From: a virus
Taxonomy: Duplodnaviria > Caudoviricetes
IMG/VR virus record: IMGVR_UViG_3300043120_000083
Coordinates: 37,027-101,026 of that record
DNA length: 64,000 nt
Reading direction: 5' to 3' (one strand)
The notes under the pieces were generated by a model. That model did no database searches. It saw only the letters and a program-made list of their open reading frames with translations, and had not been told where the DNA came from. Shown here in pieces: positions 28,983-40,153 of this stretch (position 1 is the first letter of the stretch; the number at the start of each line of letters is the position of its first letter). The position numbers and the translations under genes were made by a program.

Positions 28983-29855
28983 ATGTTTAAAAAAGGAGAT
29001 TACATTGTATTGTTAAAGTCAGAAGAAAATAGGTATGATAATGATGAAGCATTTCCTGTCAATTATTGTTACAAACAAAGAGAAAATTCACTGTTTATTG
29101 AGCCTGAATTAGATTTAAAAGGTTCTAAGACTAACGGTTGGGTTATACACCCTTTTAATAAGTCTAAAGATAACGACTGGCGTTACGCAACCCCTAAAGA
29201 AAAAGCCCATTATGACTTAATAGGTAAACCCTTCAATGTTAATAGTTTGGTGTTACCTGAAGGTTATCCTAATTGGGGATGGAACTGGGATATAGACAGT
29301 ATAAGAATTAACCCATCTGATTTCTCTTCTTTATTTGCTACCGGATTTGCAGATACATGTAATGCCAAATCTAAAGAAGAAAAAACGATGAAAGAAAAGA
29401 AGATTATTGGATATAAATTGAAAGAACAATATGAGAAATATGAAAAAATAGTTCTTAAACTCCTAAATATCTCAGAGAATCGTAACCTTCATACAATAAA
29501 TGATGATAAGTATGATTTTAGTAATGGTTCAATAATGCATAAAGAAATAAAACAAGCCGGAGTCCTTGATCTTTGGTTTGATCCTGTATATGAAGAAAAG
29601 AAAGAATTACCTAAAATAAATGGGTATGAAGGTAATTACAGCAAAATAAACGGAACAATAGAATATGGATGTGTTCAATTTAAGATTGAAAACTTAGTTG
29701 ACCTATGGGAATGTGTTAAGGGATTCAAAGAAGATAAAGATGATACATTCACTCCTCACAACAGAACTATATATTCCTTCAAACTTAACTCAGGAGTAGA
29801 GATAACAATAGAACAACTAAACCAGATTGTTGAATATATAGACAGTAAGAAGTAA
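28983..29855 (+). CDS. Hypothetical modular phage protein
   Basis: 290-aa ORF followed by a hairpin at ~29889-29935. Confidence 0.7.
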   Translation: MFKKGDYIVLLKSEENRYDNDEAFPVNYCYKQRENSLFIEPELDLKGSKTNGWVIHPFNKSKDNDWRYATPKEKAHYDLIGKPFNVNSLVLPEGYPNWGWNWDIDSIRINPSDFSSLFATGFADTCNAKSKEEKTMKEKKIIGYKLKEQYEKYEKIVLKLLNISENRNLHTINDDKYDFSNGSIMHKEIKQAGVLDLWFDPVYEEKKELPKINGYEGNYSKINGTIEYGCVQFKIENLVDLWECVKGFKEDKDDTFTPHNRTIYSFKLNSGVEITIEQLNQIVEYIDSKK

Positions 29856-29991
29856 GGAAGATTAAACACACTCCTATTCAATTTTTACAACCCAATACAG
29901 AGTCTTAAAATTTTCATAACTTTGTATTGGGTTTTATTATTGTTAAATAAATAAAATTTATACAACACACAATCCTATAAATAGAATTTAT

Positions 29992-31197
29992 ATGAGTAAA
30001 AAGGAAGAAAAAAAGAATAGCATTCTGAGAGAAATGCCGGATGAGATAAAAGAAGCCAGTAAAGCAGTACAAGAAAAATGGCTTGAATGGAAACAGATAG
30101 ATGAAGAAAATAGAGGACATCCAGACCGCTTTTATGACATCTTAAATCCTGACGGTGAAACAGTTACACTTGATTTAATGGGCTTACGTCCTGTTATTGA
30201 GAAAATATGTATCAAAAACGGCGTTAAACGTCAGGAGATAAATAAGATAATAGAGAAACAACAGTGGTTTCACAAGCGTAAAATCCACAAAGGTAACGTC
30301 CTGAGGGAGATGAAGAAGCTTTTGTATGGTAATACAGGCAAGAGTTCCCGGAAACAAAACGTTCTTAACTTAAAGAAAGCCAACATCTTAGAACTGTTTG
30401 GTCAGTTCTTTACCACTAAGGAGGTGCACGACATCATAACTAAGAAGTGGGGATACAATGCCAGTTACAACGAATTAAAACGCTTCAGGGCTGAGAATGA
30501 AGCACTTATCACAAAGAAAAAAGCAGATTATATACTCAAGAAGGATGAGTTCCGGTTGGGTACTGACACAGGCAGGTTAGAAGAGTTGAGTGACTTGTAT
30601 TTCACTCTAAAACAGAAGTTTGAAGAGACAGAAAGGATTGAATACAGCCGGGAATTAAGAAGTCTGATAGAACAAGTACGTAAGGAAGTAAAAGGGGATG
30701 AGATAAAGCTAACAGTAGATGGTAAGATAGACGTAAACGCCTCTATACAAGCTAATAAGAATGTAATGGAAGTAGCAAGAAGGCTTCCTATACACATGAT
30801 GGTAGTAGGCTTGGTAGCAGCTAAACAGAACTTAGATCCCACTCAAATTATGGCACAACTTGCTAACAGTTACTACTCTAAACTCAACGGATTCAACGGT
30901 GTAGTAGAGCTACATAAACCACAGGAGATAGTTCATCCTTCCACTATTATCAAGAGTTACGACTGGGGGGAGATAAAGAAGATAGCCAAGGAAGAAGACA
31001 ACCGGGAAGAAGTTCGTCCACTGTCTGAGTTCATAGAATATAAAGATAAGGAGAAGCAAGACAAAGCATTTAAGCGAAAAGAAAGTGTTAAAGACCTGAT
31101 TAAGAGGTTTGAAGAAAGCCAGAAGGAGCGACACAACGAACGAAGAAAGAGCGGAGAGTACCGTCTCCACCCTAAATATAACAAAGGTAACTTATAA
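29992..31197 (+). CDS. Helical DNA-binding protein, possibly terminase-small-subunit-like
   Basis: HTH-like FTTKEVHDII. RLEELSDLY...LIEQVRKEVKG resembles DUF2280-type small terminases. Confidence 0.4.
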   Translation: MSKKEEKKNSILREMPDEIKEASKAVQEKWLEWKQIDEENRGHPDRFYDILNPDGETVTLDLMGLRPVIEKICIKNGVKRQEINKIIEKQQWFHKRKIHKGNVLREMKKLLYGNTGKSSRKQNVLNLKKANILELFGQFFTTKEVHDIITKKWGYNASYNELKRFRAENEALITKKKADYILKKDEFRLGTDTGRLEELSDLYFTLKQKFEETERIEYSRELRSLIEQVRKEVKGDEIKLTVDGKIDVNASIQANKNVMEVARRLPIHMMVVGLVAAKQNLDPTQIMAQLANSYYSKLNGFNGVVELHKPQEIVHPSTIIKSYDWGEIKKIAKEEDNREEVRPLSEFIEYKDKEKQDKAFKRKESVKDLIKRFEESQKERHNERRKSGEYRLHPKYNKGNL

Positions 31198-31331
31198 ATT
31201 GTTACTTAATTGTGAAACAGGAAGTTAGTTTGTCGAAGGTATTAAAAATCCCCGAGGGTAAAAGAAAATTTAAAAGGGGTTAGTATTAAACAGTAAGCAA
31301 ACTACCCTGTTTTACTTATAAATTAAAAGAT

Positions 31332-31553
31332 ATGACAGTTAATATATTGATTGCAAGTTTATTATTCCTTCTTTTTCTTATCTCTATTGCTTCTACATAC
31401 TTTATCACTAAATTCTATATGAAGAAGAAAGAACAGGAACGTGAAATTTACAACCTCAGCGTTTATATAAGGACGCTAAACGAACAATTGGGGTATATAC
31501 CCGAAGAAGAAAGAAAGAGGAGTTATTCCAATGATTTCACATCTTTAAATTGA
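31332..31553 (+). CDS. Small membrane-anchored protein
   Basis: N-terminal transmembrane segment. Confidence 0.55.
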   Translation: MTVNILIASLLFLLFLISIASTYFITKFYMKKKEQEREIYNLSVYIRTLNEQLGYIPEEERKRSYSNDFTSLN

Positions 31554-31640
31554 TTTATGTTTGCCAGTTACATATAAAAGTATTTAATTTGGACTTTATC
31601 TAAGAAATAAAAAGGAATTACTAACTAAAAACCAAAAATC

Positions 31641-32024
31641 ATGGAACTAATACCTAAATCAAAAGATGGAACACATACAAAAGGAGATACGGAACTCGTA
31701 GAACAAGAAAAAGAAGAGTATAAACTCGTTGGAGAGTATTCTCGAACAAGAGGCCTTGGGTTGTTCTACTATGACCCTCGAAAGAATATTGTAGCTGAAC
31801 AGGAGATTAAGTATGGGAACACAATACATCTCGTACCTAAAGATGGGGAATTAATTCCAGTGGATTATGAGCAGGAAAAGGCTACAGTTGATACTCGCTG
31901 CATCTATTTCGAATCACTCAATCTTGAGAAAGCTAAGAAGAGAGTTAAGAGATGGAAGCAGGGTAGAGTAAAAGAATTGTGTAATCTCAAGCCCCCAAAG
32001 AATGGGACTATTGAATTATTTTAA
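31641..32024 (+). CDS. Hypothetical protein
   Basis: 127 aa, downstream of the promoter motif at 31571. Confidence 0.65.
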   Translation: MELIPKSKDGTHTKGDTELVEQEKEEYKLVGEYSRTRGLGLFYYDPRKNIVAEQEIKYGNTIHLVPKDGELIPVDYEQEKATVDTRCIYFESLNLEKAKKRVKRWKQGRVKELCNLKPPKNGTIELF

Positions 32025-32046
32025 TAAATTTTAAATTCGTAAAACA

Positions 32047-33120
32047 ATGAAAATCATTTATTTAGAAGAAAAAGAAGTAAAGATGGGAGATAAAGTTTCC
32101 CTGAATGGTGCAGTTGTTACAGTCACACAACAACTGATAGATGACCTTCCTAATCTCTTTAAAGTACAGGACGAACAAGAGATTATGCCTGAATATGTGG
32201 AATGTATTAAAGAAATAGACGAAATCCGTGGTGCTGAGTTAGGAGAGATATTAAAATCTTGGTATGATCCAAACAAATCTTTTTGTTATAGGTTTGCGAG
32301 CAAACACGGTGAGAATGGTTACGATAATTTTGAATCATTCTACAGACATTTCAAACCTTCAACAAAAGAAGCATGGCTATTGCAAGAAGCTAAGAGAAGG
32401 TATCCTAAAGGGACTAAGTTTACTATCATTGATAACAAAACATTCACTTCTGATGGCAAGTTTAAATATGATGAATCATGGAGAGGCCATGGAGACGAAA
32501 GACAAACAATACAATGTACTGTGAAAGAGGAAGGCGTTTTAGATAGTTCTGTATGGGATAGTGTTTTAGGATGGGCTGAAATTGTTAAACCTCTATTTGT
32601 TACAGAAGATGGAGTAGAGATATTTGAGGGAGATGAATATTTATATATTAACGATGCTTTTGATATAAATGTTATTTGTGCGATTAAAGGATGTCAATCA
32701 GAATATGTTAAAGCAAGATTCTCAACCCGTGAAGCAGCAGAAGAATACATTGCTAAACACAAAGGGAAGACATTGGAGGATTATGAGAATATACTGTTAC
32801 AAAATTTTTCAAAGGTTGAAGTTGATGTAGTGATGGTTGATAAATCAGATATGTATCTTTGGATGAAAGAGTATGAAGAGAAGTCATATTACTCAATCGT
32901 TCTCCAGTTGATTGCAGATGATTTGAATGGAGAGAGTGAACCAAAATTGGGAAATGATGGCGTATGTGCTATTAATTTCGACTGGCGTGGTGATGGTAAG
33001 TATAATGTTGACAGTTGGGAAGCAACACATACAGGCAAAGTCTTGTTTTCGGACAGAGTTAATTGTAAAAAAGCCATTAAAATAATGGGAGATAAACTTA
33101 ATTATATTTACAAATCATAA
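32047..33120 (+). CDS. Hypothetical modular phage protein
   Basis: 357-aa ORF. Confidence 0.7.
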   Translation: MKIIYLEEKEVKMGDKVSLNGAVVTVTQQLIDDLPNLFKVQDEQEIMPEYVECIKEIDEIRGAELGEILKSWYDPNKSFCYRFASKHGENGYDNFESFYRHFKPSTKEAWLLQEAKRRYPKGTKFTIIDNKTFTSDGKFKYDESWRGHGDERQTIQCTVKEEGVLDSSVWDSVLGWAEIVKPLFVTEDGVEIFEGDEYLYINDAFDINVICAIKGCQSEYVKARFSTREAAEEYIAKHKGKTLEDYENILLQNFSKVEVDVVMVDKSDMYLWMKEYEEKSYYSIVLQLIADDLNGESEPKLGNDGVCAINFDWRGDGKYNVDSWEATHTGKVLFSDRVNCKKAIKIMGDKLNYIYKS

Positions 33121-33131
33121 AAACTAACCAC

Positions 33132-33332
33132 ATGAAACGTTTTGAAATTATTCAGCTTGTTTTATTTCTTGTTATCTTTGGTAGTTGTCTTTCTCCTATT
33201 ATCTTTTGGGTTATGAACCCGGAGTTGACAGCTATTCAAATTGCAGGAAAGTTCTGGTGGGTATTTATTGTTGTTCTTCTTTCCGGGGGTTATGCTCTTT
33301 GGTTAGAAGATAAGAACCAACCAACTTTTTAA
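33132..33332 (+). CDS. Small 2-TM membrane protein
   Basis: Hydrophobic 66-aa ORF. Confidence 0.55.
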   Translation: MKRFEIIQLVLFLVIFGSCLSPIIFWVMNPELTAIQIAGKFWWVFIVVLLSGGYALWLEDKNQPTF

Positions 33333-33568
33333 GGATTCCAGAAATTTTAGTTTATCTATTATTTCTCTTTTTATTATTTTGTAAGTTTTTATTTCCCAGA
33401 GGGTTGCTATTGATTTAGTAGTCCTCTTTTTATTTATATTGAATTAAAATAACAATATTTTTAAGGTTTCCAGATAAAAACTTGATTAAATATTTTGTTT
33501 TTCAAAAATAAACCCGTTAATTAGCGGATACAAAATCAAACACAAATACAAACTTAAAACTAAGAAAG

Positions 33569-35003
33569 ATGAAAACTATTCAAATTTTTCAATACCCATC
33601 CTGCTTAGTAAGGGAGGTTAAAAAGAATGATGACTGGAGTATTGATAGTGCGACTACTAATCCTGAACATAACCCCAAATTTTCAATTAAATATAAAGGG
33701 GAAATCATTCTGCATGTAGGGAGAGGTTTTGGAATGGGGTTTGATTCTAATGTAGGTTATCCTAATATAGATGAAAAATTTATTCCAGTAATAAAATCGC
33801 TTTTAGGTAATAAAGTAGGAGTAATTCAACAACCCTTAAAAATATGATCCTCACTAAACGTCAAATCATCCTACAATCTTACTCCGGGTTCATTTGCCCG
33901 GAGGAGATAATGGAAAGAGCCATTCGTAAACTTCTCTCTTATCCTGAAGAGGCATTTGAAGAGATGATACGTAAGCAACTAAACTGGAAATTAGAAGTTG
34001 TTAGAAAGAATCTTTATATTGTAACTGTTTAAAAATTAGAACTTATGAAAGAAAAAGAAGAAATATTATTCGAAAAGGTTTCATCATTAATGAAAGATGA
34101 AGATCAACTATTACTTGATGGTATGCATATTATTGAAGGTGAAGATGAAGATTTAACAGTTTTAAAAAACTTCAAAATATATCATTCTGATGGCTATTGT
34201 TTCGATATCTGTGAAAGAGAAATTGAAAATACAGATACTAATTACCTTGACTTTCCGTACGAGTTTTGTTTCTTTTCAGGATATGAAGGGTTTAAAAAGA
34301 TTGATGTTTTAAACGCAATCAAATTAATTAATAAGTATTTATAGTAATAATAAAACTTACAACCATGAAAGACACAAGAACAATCACTAACACTATTTTC
34401 TACGACATTGAAACAGGTGTTTACGACCAATTCCCTAAACTTAAAGAAAGGCTTGAGTATATAGCTAATAAGATGATTAAGTGCGCTTATACTCACAATG
34501 CTGAGTTAAGTGAAGGAGAGAAAAGAACTTTGAGAGAAAACGAATATATAAACTAAAACTTACACTATCATGAAACATATTTATAGGTACTACAAAAACT
34601 CTAACACTGGAGAACTGATAAAAACCCATGAAGTCACAGACACTCCAATAAAAGGGATTCCTGTTTATATGTATGACTTTAATGGTAATCCTATTGGTGA
34701 AAATGAACCTATTCCTTCTGGGTTTATTAAAATAAGCGAAAAGAAATGGAAAAGAATTAAACGTAAAAATAGTATTAAATGAAATCAATCACAGCACTCT
34801 ACTCTATGATGGCTGCTTTTTCAAGCCCCTTAGATATGTATCATGACCACAAGACAGATATTCACGGAATATCTTCTAAAACAGAAGAGGAACGTAAGAG
34901 AGAAAAGGGCATGAAAAAGTTTATTGTTGGTGGTCGTGAATATTGGGCACTCAATAAGAAGAATGCCGAAAAGAAACATCTAAAATATTTAAAATCTAAG
35001 TAA
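33569..35003 (+). other. Run of six small hypothetical genes (33569, 33844, 34045, 34365, 34570, 34779)
   Basis: Closely packed + strand ORFs of 62-99 aa behind a promoter-like region, typical of early accessory genes. Confidence 0.6.
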
Positions 35004-35269
35004 CTATGACAGATCACGAAGCAATGTTAATGAACTACCAGTCCCCGGTTATTTATTGGATGCTTGGGTGTATGGTTCTTCTTATTCTTTTTCTTATTCG
35101 TAAGGATATTAAGGTGTATTTAAGGGAATTTAAAGAAAGATATTTGTAGTTTATCTATTCATTATCAGGGTGTTTATTCACCCTTTTATTTTCTTTCTTG
35201 AAAAAATATTTTACTTTTCAAGATTTACCCTTTATCTTTGCCTCAGTTTAAATTTTAAATTAATTATTT

Positions 35270-37457
35270 ATGAAGAAAATAACCACCCTATTTTTGTTGT
35301 TTATTCTTTGCTCTTCTTCCTTTTCTAATTGGACTGGGACTACCCTTCAGGAAAGGAAAGAACAAGCGATACAAAGGAAGATAGCATACCTTTACAAGAA
35401 CTATCCACCTAATGAGACTAAGTGGATGTATGAAATAAGTCTTAGAATTAAAAATCAAAATTAGAGAGTTATGAACAATGCACTATTTTTATTAGCAGGT
35501 GTCTTATACCTTTTACTTTTCTATTTTATTCTGAAGAATACTGTTCTTCCACATTGGAAGTGGTACAGGAAATTAACCGGGGGAACTTGGTATTTATACA
35601 TTGATTCTTTTGTCTATGAGACTGAAACTGGAGTACGTACAAGAGAAGTAATGGAGTGGACAAAAGTTGCTCCTCCTAAACATTTAATCATTAAAACAGA
35701 AAACTATGAACGTTAGAGTGCATGTTAGAAATGAACTTGAATCAAGAGTGGTTCAAGAAAGAGCATTTGAGTTGGGATTTGGTTGGCGTAGGGTTTATCG
35801 AAATGTTCAGGAAACTGATAAACCCTATTTATTCTTAGAAAAACAGGATATGAGTATTACTCATGCTGACCACAACTATCACGATGAAGATTTTGAAGAA
35901 ATTTCATTCCCTACTTTTGTCACACGTTACATTGAAGAACTTCCAGAAAAATGGGCTATTGAGATCAAAGAAGAGTACATGGGTGATTTAAAAGTAGCGA
36001 TGGATAAAGACACTTTTAATGTCCTTTCTAATCTTTCTCCTAAATATGGATATTTTCACAGTCACGTTATTTGGGCAAACGGGTATTGGTCTCCTAAATT
36101 GAAGGAAGGGTTTACAGAGATCACTATTGAACAATTCAGGCATTTAGTTGTGGGAGATTCCTCTTCTTCTATTGTTTCTGGGAAATCAGAGTCTAATTTT
36201 GTTGATCTTGAACAAATAGTTGCTGACTTTGGTAAAGTAGGTGGAGGTAAATCTGTCACATATACTGTAAAAGTTTGTGACGACAATAAAATTTTCAATC
36301 AATCTTCACTCCTTTCTCTTTCCTTTAATGACCTTATTTCCCTCCAGGATTATTACATTAAAGAAATAAACGCAAATAAGGCGCATTTAAGCGTGTTAAA
36401 AACTTTATCTAAGCGTTGCCCCACTGAAGGGAATAAAACCTCTCTAAAGGAGGCTGAGACATCAAATAAGGCACTTAAAGAGGAACTGGAAGAGGTTGTG
36501 GAAGCTATAAAAGAATTTATTAACAAATTAAAGAAGTAAGTATGGAGGTAATTAATTACACTCCTGTTAATTTTGAAACACTTAAAAACAATTAATTATG
36601 TTACAATTTATTTTAGACAATTTAGAGATTATTCTTCAATTTTATTTTTTCGTGAATGCTTTTATTGCTGGGATGATGTTTCAGTATAATAAGGGTATGG
36701 AGAATGAATGGTATGAAGTTTTCTGTTATGTTTTTGCGACAACTTTATTTGGTATTTTTCTTTACATTTTCGGAAGTATTCACTCTTTCTTTTCTTCCCT
36801 TTACCGTAAACTTAATTTAAACAAGGTTTGGAACCTGTATTTCTCCTCTAATTTAAAGAAAGGGGTTCTCATTAAAGGTCAGGTTGATTACGTTAACAGG
36901 ATAGCTAAATACCACAAAAACAGCAATAGTTTGGGAGACCGGATTTATAGGTGGTATGCTAAGAGAATAAACGAGAGGTACGAAAATCAATAATATTCAA
37001 TTTAAGCCTATTCTAACCCCTTTTATTTTTTAAACAAGTAAATATACCAATCATGGATAAAAAAGCAAAAGAGACAGCAATTAGCAATCAAATATCGGCT
37101 TTAAAGGTTATATCTGATAATATCGGTTTCACTCCCGATTATTTTCATTCTCCTCAAAGTAGAAAAGAATTGGAACTGTATGTTCATCAATTTGTGGATT
37201 TTATTAGGGAAGAAAACCAAGTGGAGATAGTGACAGAATGGTTAGATACAGGAGGTTATTTTAGCAATGCTTGGGGAATTAAGGATAAATATAGGGATAG
37301 TAAAAATAAACTCATTCATTACGCTAAAATTCATTACGCTAAAAGTAATGATACCCTATCCACTTCTTTCCTTGAATCACAAATAAAAGCTATTGAAATC
37401 GTTGTAGAAAAACTCTTAGAAGAAGAAAAGGATGCAGGAACCCAAACAGGAGAGTAG
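35270..37457 (+). other. Run of hypothetical genes (35270, 35471, 35706, 36598, 37053), several membrane-associated
   Basis: Packed ORFs behind a TATCTTTG promoter element at ~35233. Confidence 0.6.
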
Positions 37458-37614
37458 CCACGGTGGTAAACGTCCCGGTGCTGGAAGAAAACCCATTGAA
37501 GACAAGAAGAAGCAAATACACATTTCACTTAGAGAATCAGAAATAGAAAAGTTAGGAGGAAAGGAGGTTGTTAAGAACCGGGTTGTGAAGATGATTAAGT
37601 TAGGGTGGCTTTAG
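37432..37614 (+). CDS. Small DNA-binding protein (GGxRxGAGRK motif)
   Basis: HGGKRPGAGRKP followed by a ribbon-helix-like segment. Confidence 0.55.
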   Translation: MQEPKQESSHGGKRPGAGRKPIEDKKKQIHISLRESEIEKLGGKEVVKNRVVKMIKLGWL

Positions 37615-37704
37615 CTGCCCTTTCTTTTTATTTTCCTTATTCAACCTAAAGAAAAGTTAATTGCACACAAAAAAGTTAACGTTATGTTTTTACGTCTTGG
37701 GGTG

Positions 37705-37866
37705 TAAAAATTACCCCCCTTTCGGAATTTATTTTAAAGTTCAATATTTAATTTACTATAAACGTAACCCCCCTTTCGATTAAAATCTACCCGACTTTCG
37801 GTATAAACGTAACCCCCCTTTCGCATAAACATAGCCCCCCTATATTACAAGAGTTATTACAAGAGT
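37705..37866 (+). repeat. Iteron-like direct repeats (22-23 bp) plus a 12-bp tandem repeat
   Basis: TATAAACGTAACCCCCCTTTCG at 37757 and 37802, variants at 37705, 37779 and 37824. TATTACAAGAGT twice at 37843-37866. Confidence 0.75.
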
Positions 37867-38106
37867 TATTATAAACAAGAATAAATAGAAAGAATTAGTT
37901 AGGAAAAAATGGCGTGCAAAATGCACGCCTAACTATTTTTAATTTTGTAATTAGAGATAAATACTTTATCTTTATACTTTCAATTTGAATATACGTTATC
38001 TCCGATACAAGGTAACATACGATAATTTTTTAAATCCCTGTTAATTGTACTGTAATATCGGAGGCAGTATATTTTAACAGGGATTTTTTATTTAACTCCG
38101 GTAATT

Positions 38107-38586
38107 ATGCAAAAGAAAGAAAAAAGGGGACGTAAAGCCGTTCCTACTATGAAAGAAAAGATTGATAAATACACTGAAGGAGGAACAAAAGACTACAACT
38201 TCCTCTATTCAATTCCCCCCATTAACCAAAAATTAATCGTTGAAAAAGGTTGGAATATAGATATAATAGATGTTGCTATTTTTCTTGACATTAAATCTAT
38301 AATTCACTACACTCAAGATAAAAAATCAAAAGGAGAACATGTTGACACGTGGGTTACTAACGATAATAGAGGTGACTGGTATTTTATTTGCGAATCTAAA
38401 ATAATAAAAGATCTTCCTTTGCTGCCTATTGCATCTGGCAATCCAATATATAGAAGAATCAAAAAACTTTGTGAATGTGGATTAATAGAGAGGAATCCAG
38501 ACAACGCTAAAACAAGACAAAAACTTCTAAGGCTTGGCCCTAATGCTTACATGTTTGAACGTACTACCTTTAAAGGTAATAATTAG
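38107..38586 (+). CDS. Winged-HTH protein resembling the N-terminus of phage replication initiators
   Basis: WYFICESKIIKDLPLL...IYRRIKKLCECGLIER. Confidence 0.55.
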   Translation: MQKKEKRGRKAVPTMKEKIDKYTEGGTKDYNFLYSIPPINQKLIVEKGWNIDIIDVAIFLDIKSIIHYTQDKKSKGEHVDTWVTNDNRGDWYFICESKIIKDLPLLPIASGNPIYRRIKKLCECGLIERNPDNAKTRQKLLRLGPNAYMFERTTFKGNN

Positions 38587-38780
38587 ATGAACTACTTATA
38601 TATTGCTTTGTCGCAATTTATAATTCTAACCTTTTTTTTAAAAAAAAGGTAGAAGTTCAATTAAGCTTTTTTTTAAAAAAAACTAAATATAGGAATTAGG
38701 GAAAATTTTGGATTTTCCCGAACATTCTTTTATTTATAGATTAGGGAGGTTTTTTTCCTAATATTAAAAATAATAATACT

Positions 38781-39026
38781 ATGAATGTAAAAAGGGAAGA
38801 AATAAAAGGTATGACATTAAATGAATTTTCCTCTAATGAAAATAAATGCACTGAAAATCTTTTAAGTGAACTTGAAAATATAATTGAAGAAAATGGAGAT
38901 TTGAGAGTAGAAAACAAAACATTGAAAAACAAAGAATTAAAAGCTAAAATAAAGGAGTATGAAAGTAACCTATATTCTAACGAAGAATCCCCGGAAGACG
39001 AAATAAATAAACCCTATTTGAATTAA
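38781..39026 (+). CDS. Hypothetical coiled-coil protein or gene remnant
   Basis: 81-aa low-complexity ORF. Confidence 0.35.
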   Translation: MNVKREEIKGMTLNEFSSNENKCTENLLSELENIIEENGDLRVENKTLKNKELKAKIKEYESNLYSNEESPEDEINKPYLN

Positions 39027-39115
39027 AACTTGACTCTCTATTTTGTATTTCAATATAAAAGACTTTAATTTGCTTGTGATAAATGAAACGTTAAAAGAAC
39101 GAATGTGGCACTTAT

Positions 39116-39246
39116 AGCTAACGGTTGCAGATATGCCCAGTTTGGGATTAAATAGTAGAAACTTTAAATAATAGACAAAATGAATAAAAATGTAGAAACT
39201 TTAAATGAAACACAGAACCCCAAACTGGGCATATCTGATGTTAGCA
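39116..39246. repeat. Orphan attC-like site F
   Basis: AGCTAAC, perfect 19-bp arms 39128-39146 / 39219-39237, GTTAGCA. Confidence 0.85.
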
Positions 39247-39389
39247 ACTGTACTTGCGGTAAAGAAAAAAGATACTGCAAAGGTTGCTTATGCAATGTAA
39301 CTGATACAATGTTTTGCTACTGTGGTGAATTTCCACTTACAAAAGAAAGCACTTATACAGATGATGACCTTGAAGCAATGAATGTATAG
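39180..39389 (+). CDS. Cys-rich cassette gene starting inside the site F loop
   Basis: Codon 21 (Val) is the GTT at 39240. CTC, CKGC and CYC motifs follow. Confidence 0.65.
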   Translation: MNKNVETLNETQNPKLGISDVSNCTCGKEKRYCKGCLCNVTDTMFCYCGEFPLTKESTYTDDDLEAMNV

Positions 39390-39487
39390 TTGCTAACTCT
39401 CATATATAAAATCAAACCTTTAGCTAATTATATCACAACAACTTACTCAAACAAATTTTAAAGATTCATTTTAAAACCAACAAACCT

Positions 39488-40150
39488 ATGGCAACACTAA
39501 AACTATCAACAGGAGAACTACTTCATGTAACGGAAGACTACGAAAAAGTAAAGAGTTTGTTTATCTTCTCTAAAGTTGGAATTATACACTTAACTCGCAA
39601 AGTAACTCTTGATAGAGGTTTAGATTTCCCTAATGAACAGGTAGAGGAACCAATCTCTATTAACAAACAGCATATAATGACAATAAGTTAGAACTCATGC
39701 CACACTACATATCTGATTCTACAAAAGAAAAGATAAGAGGGATGATATTCTATTACAAAGAGGAAATAAAAAGGCTTGAATACGAAATGAGTGTCATTCC
39801 TGCTTCTATTTCTTGGGGTGTTAAAAGTGGAAAGAAAGAAGCATACAAAGAGATAATTAAAGAACTTGAAACCTTTTTACAAGACAAAAATGAAAATCTG
39901 GACAACAATAAGAGGGGTGATAATTGAACATCAAGACAGAAAGGTTGAGATCATTTCAGTACCCAGTGCACCAAACCCGGCTTTAAATCCAGCACAAACA
40001 ACTTCAGATTCATGTGTCTGGTTTAGACAAGAAGGAGAAAAGATGTTTAAGAAGGCAGTAAGGCGTTCTAAATTAAAACTGATAAATAGCATCTCTGAAT
40101 GTAAAACAGGAGCGGAAATAGACGAATTACTAACAAAAATGGAGGGTTAA
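39488..40150 (+). other. Three small hypothetical genes (39488, 39697, 39890)
   Basis: Packed ORFs. Confidence 0.55.
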
Positions 40151-40153
40151 ACC

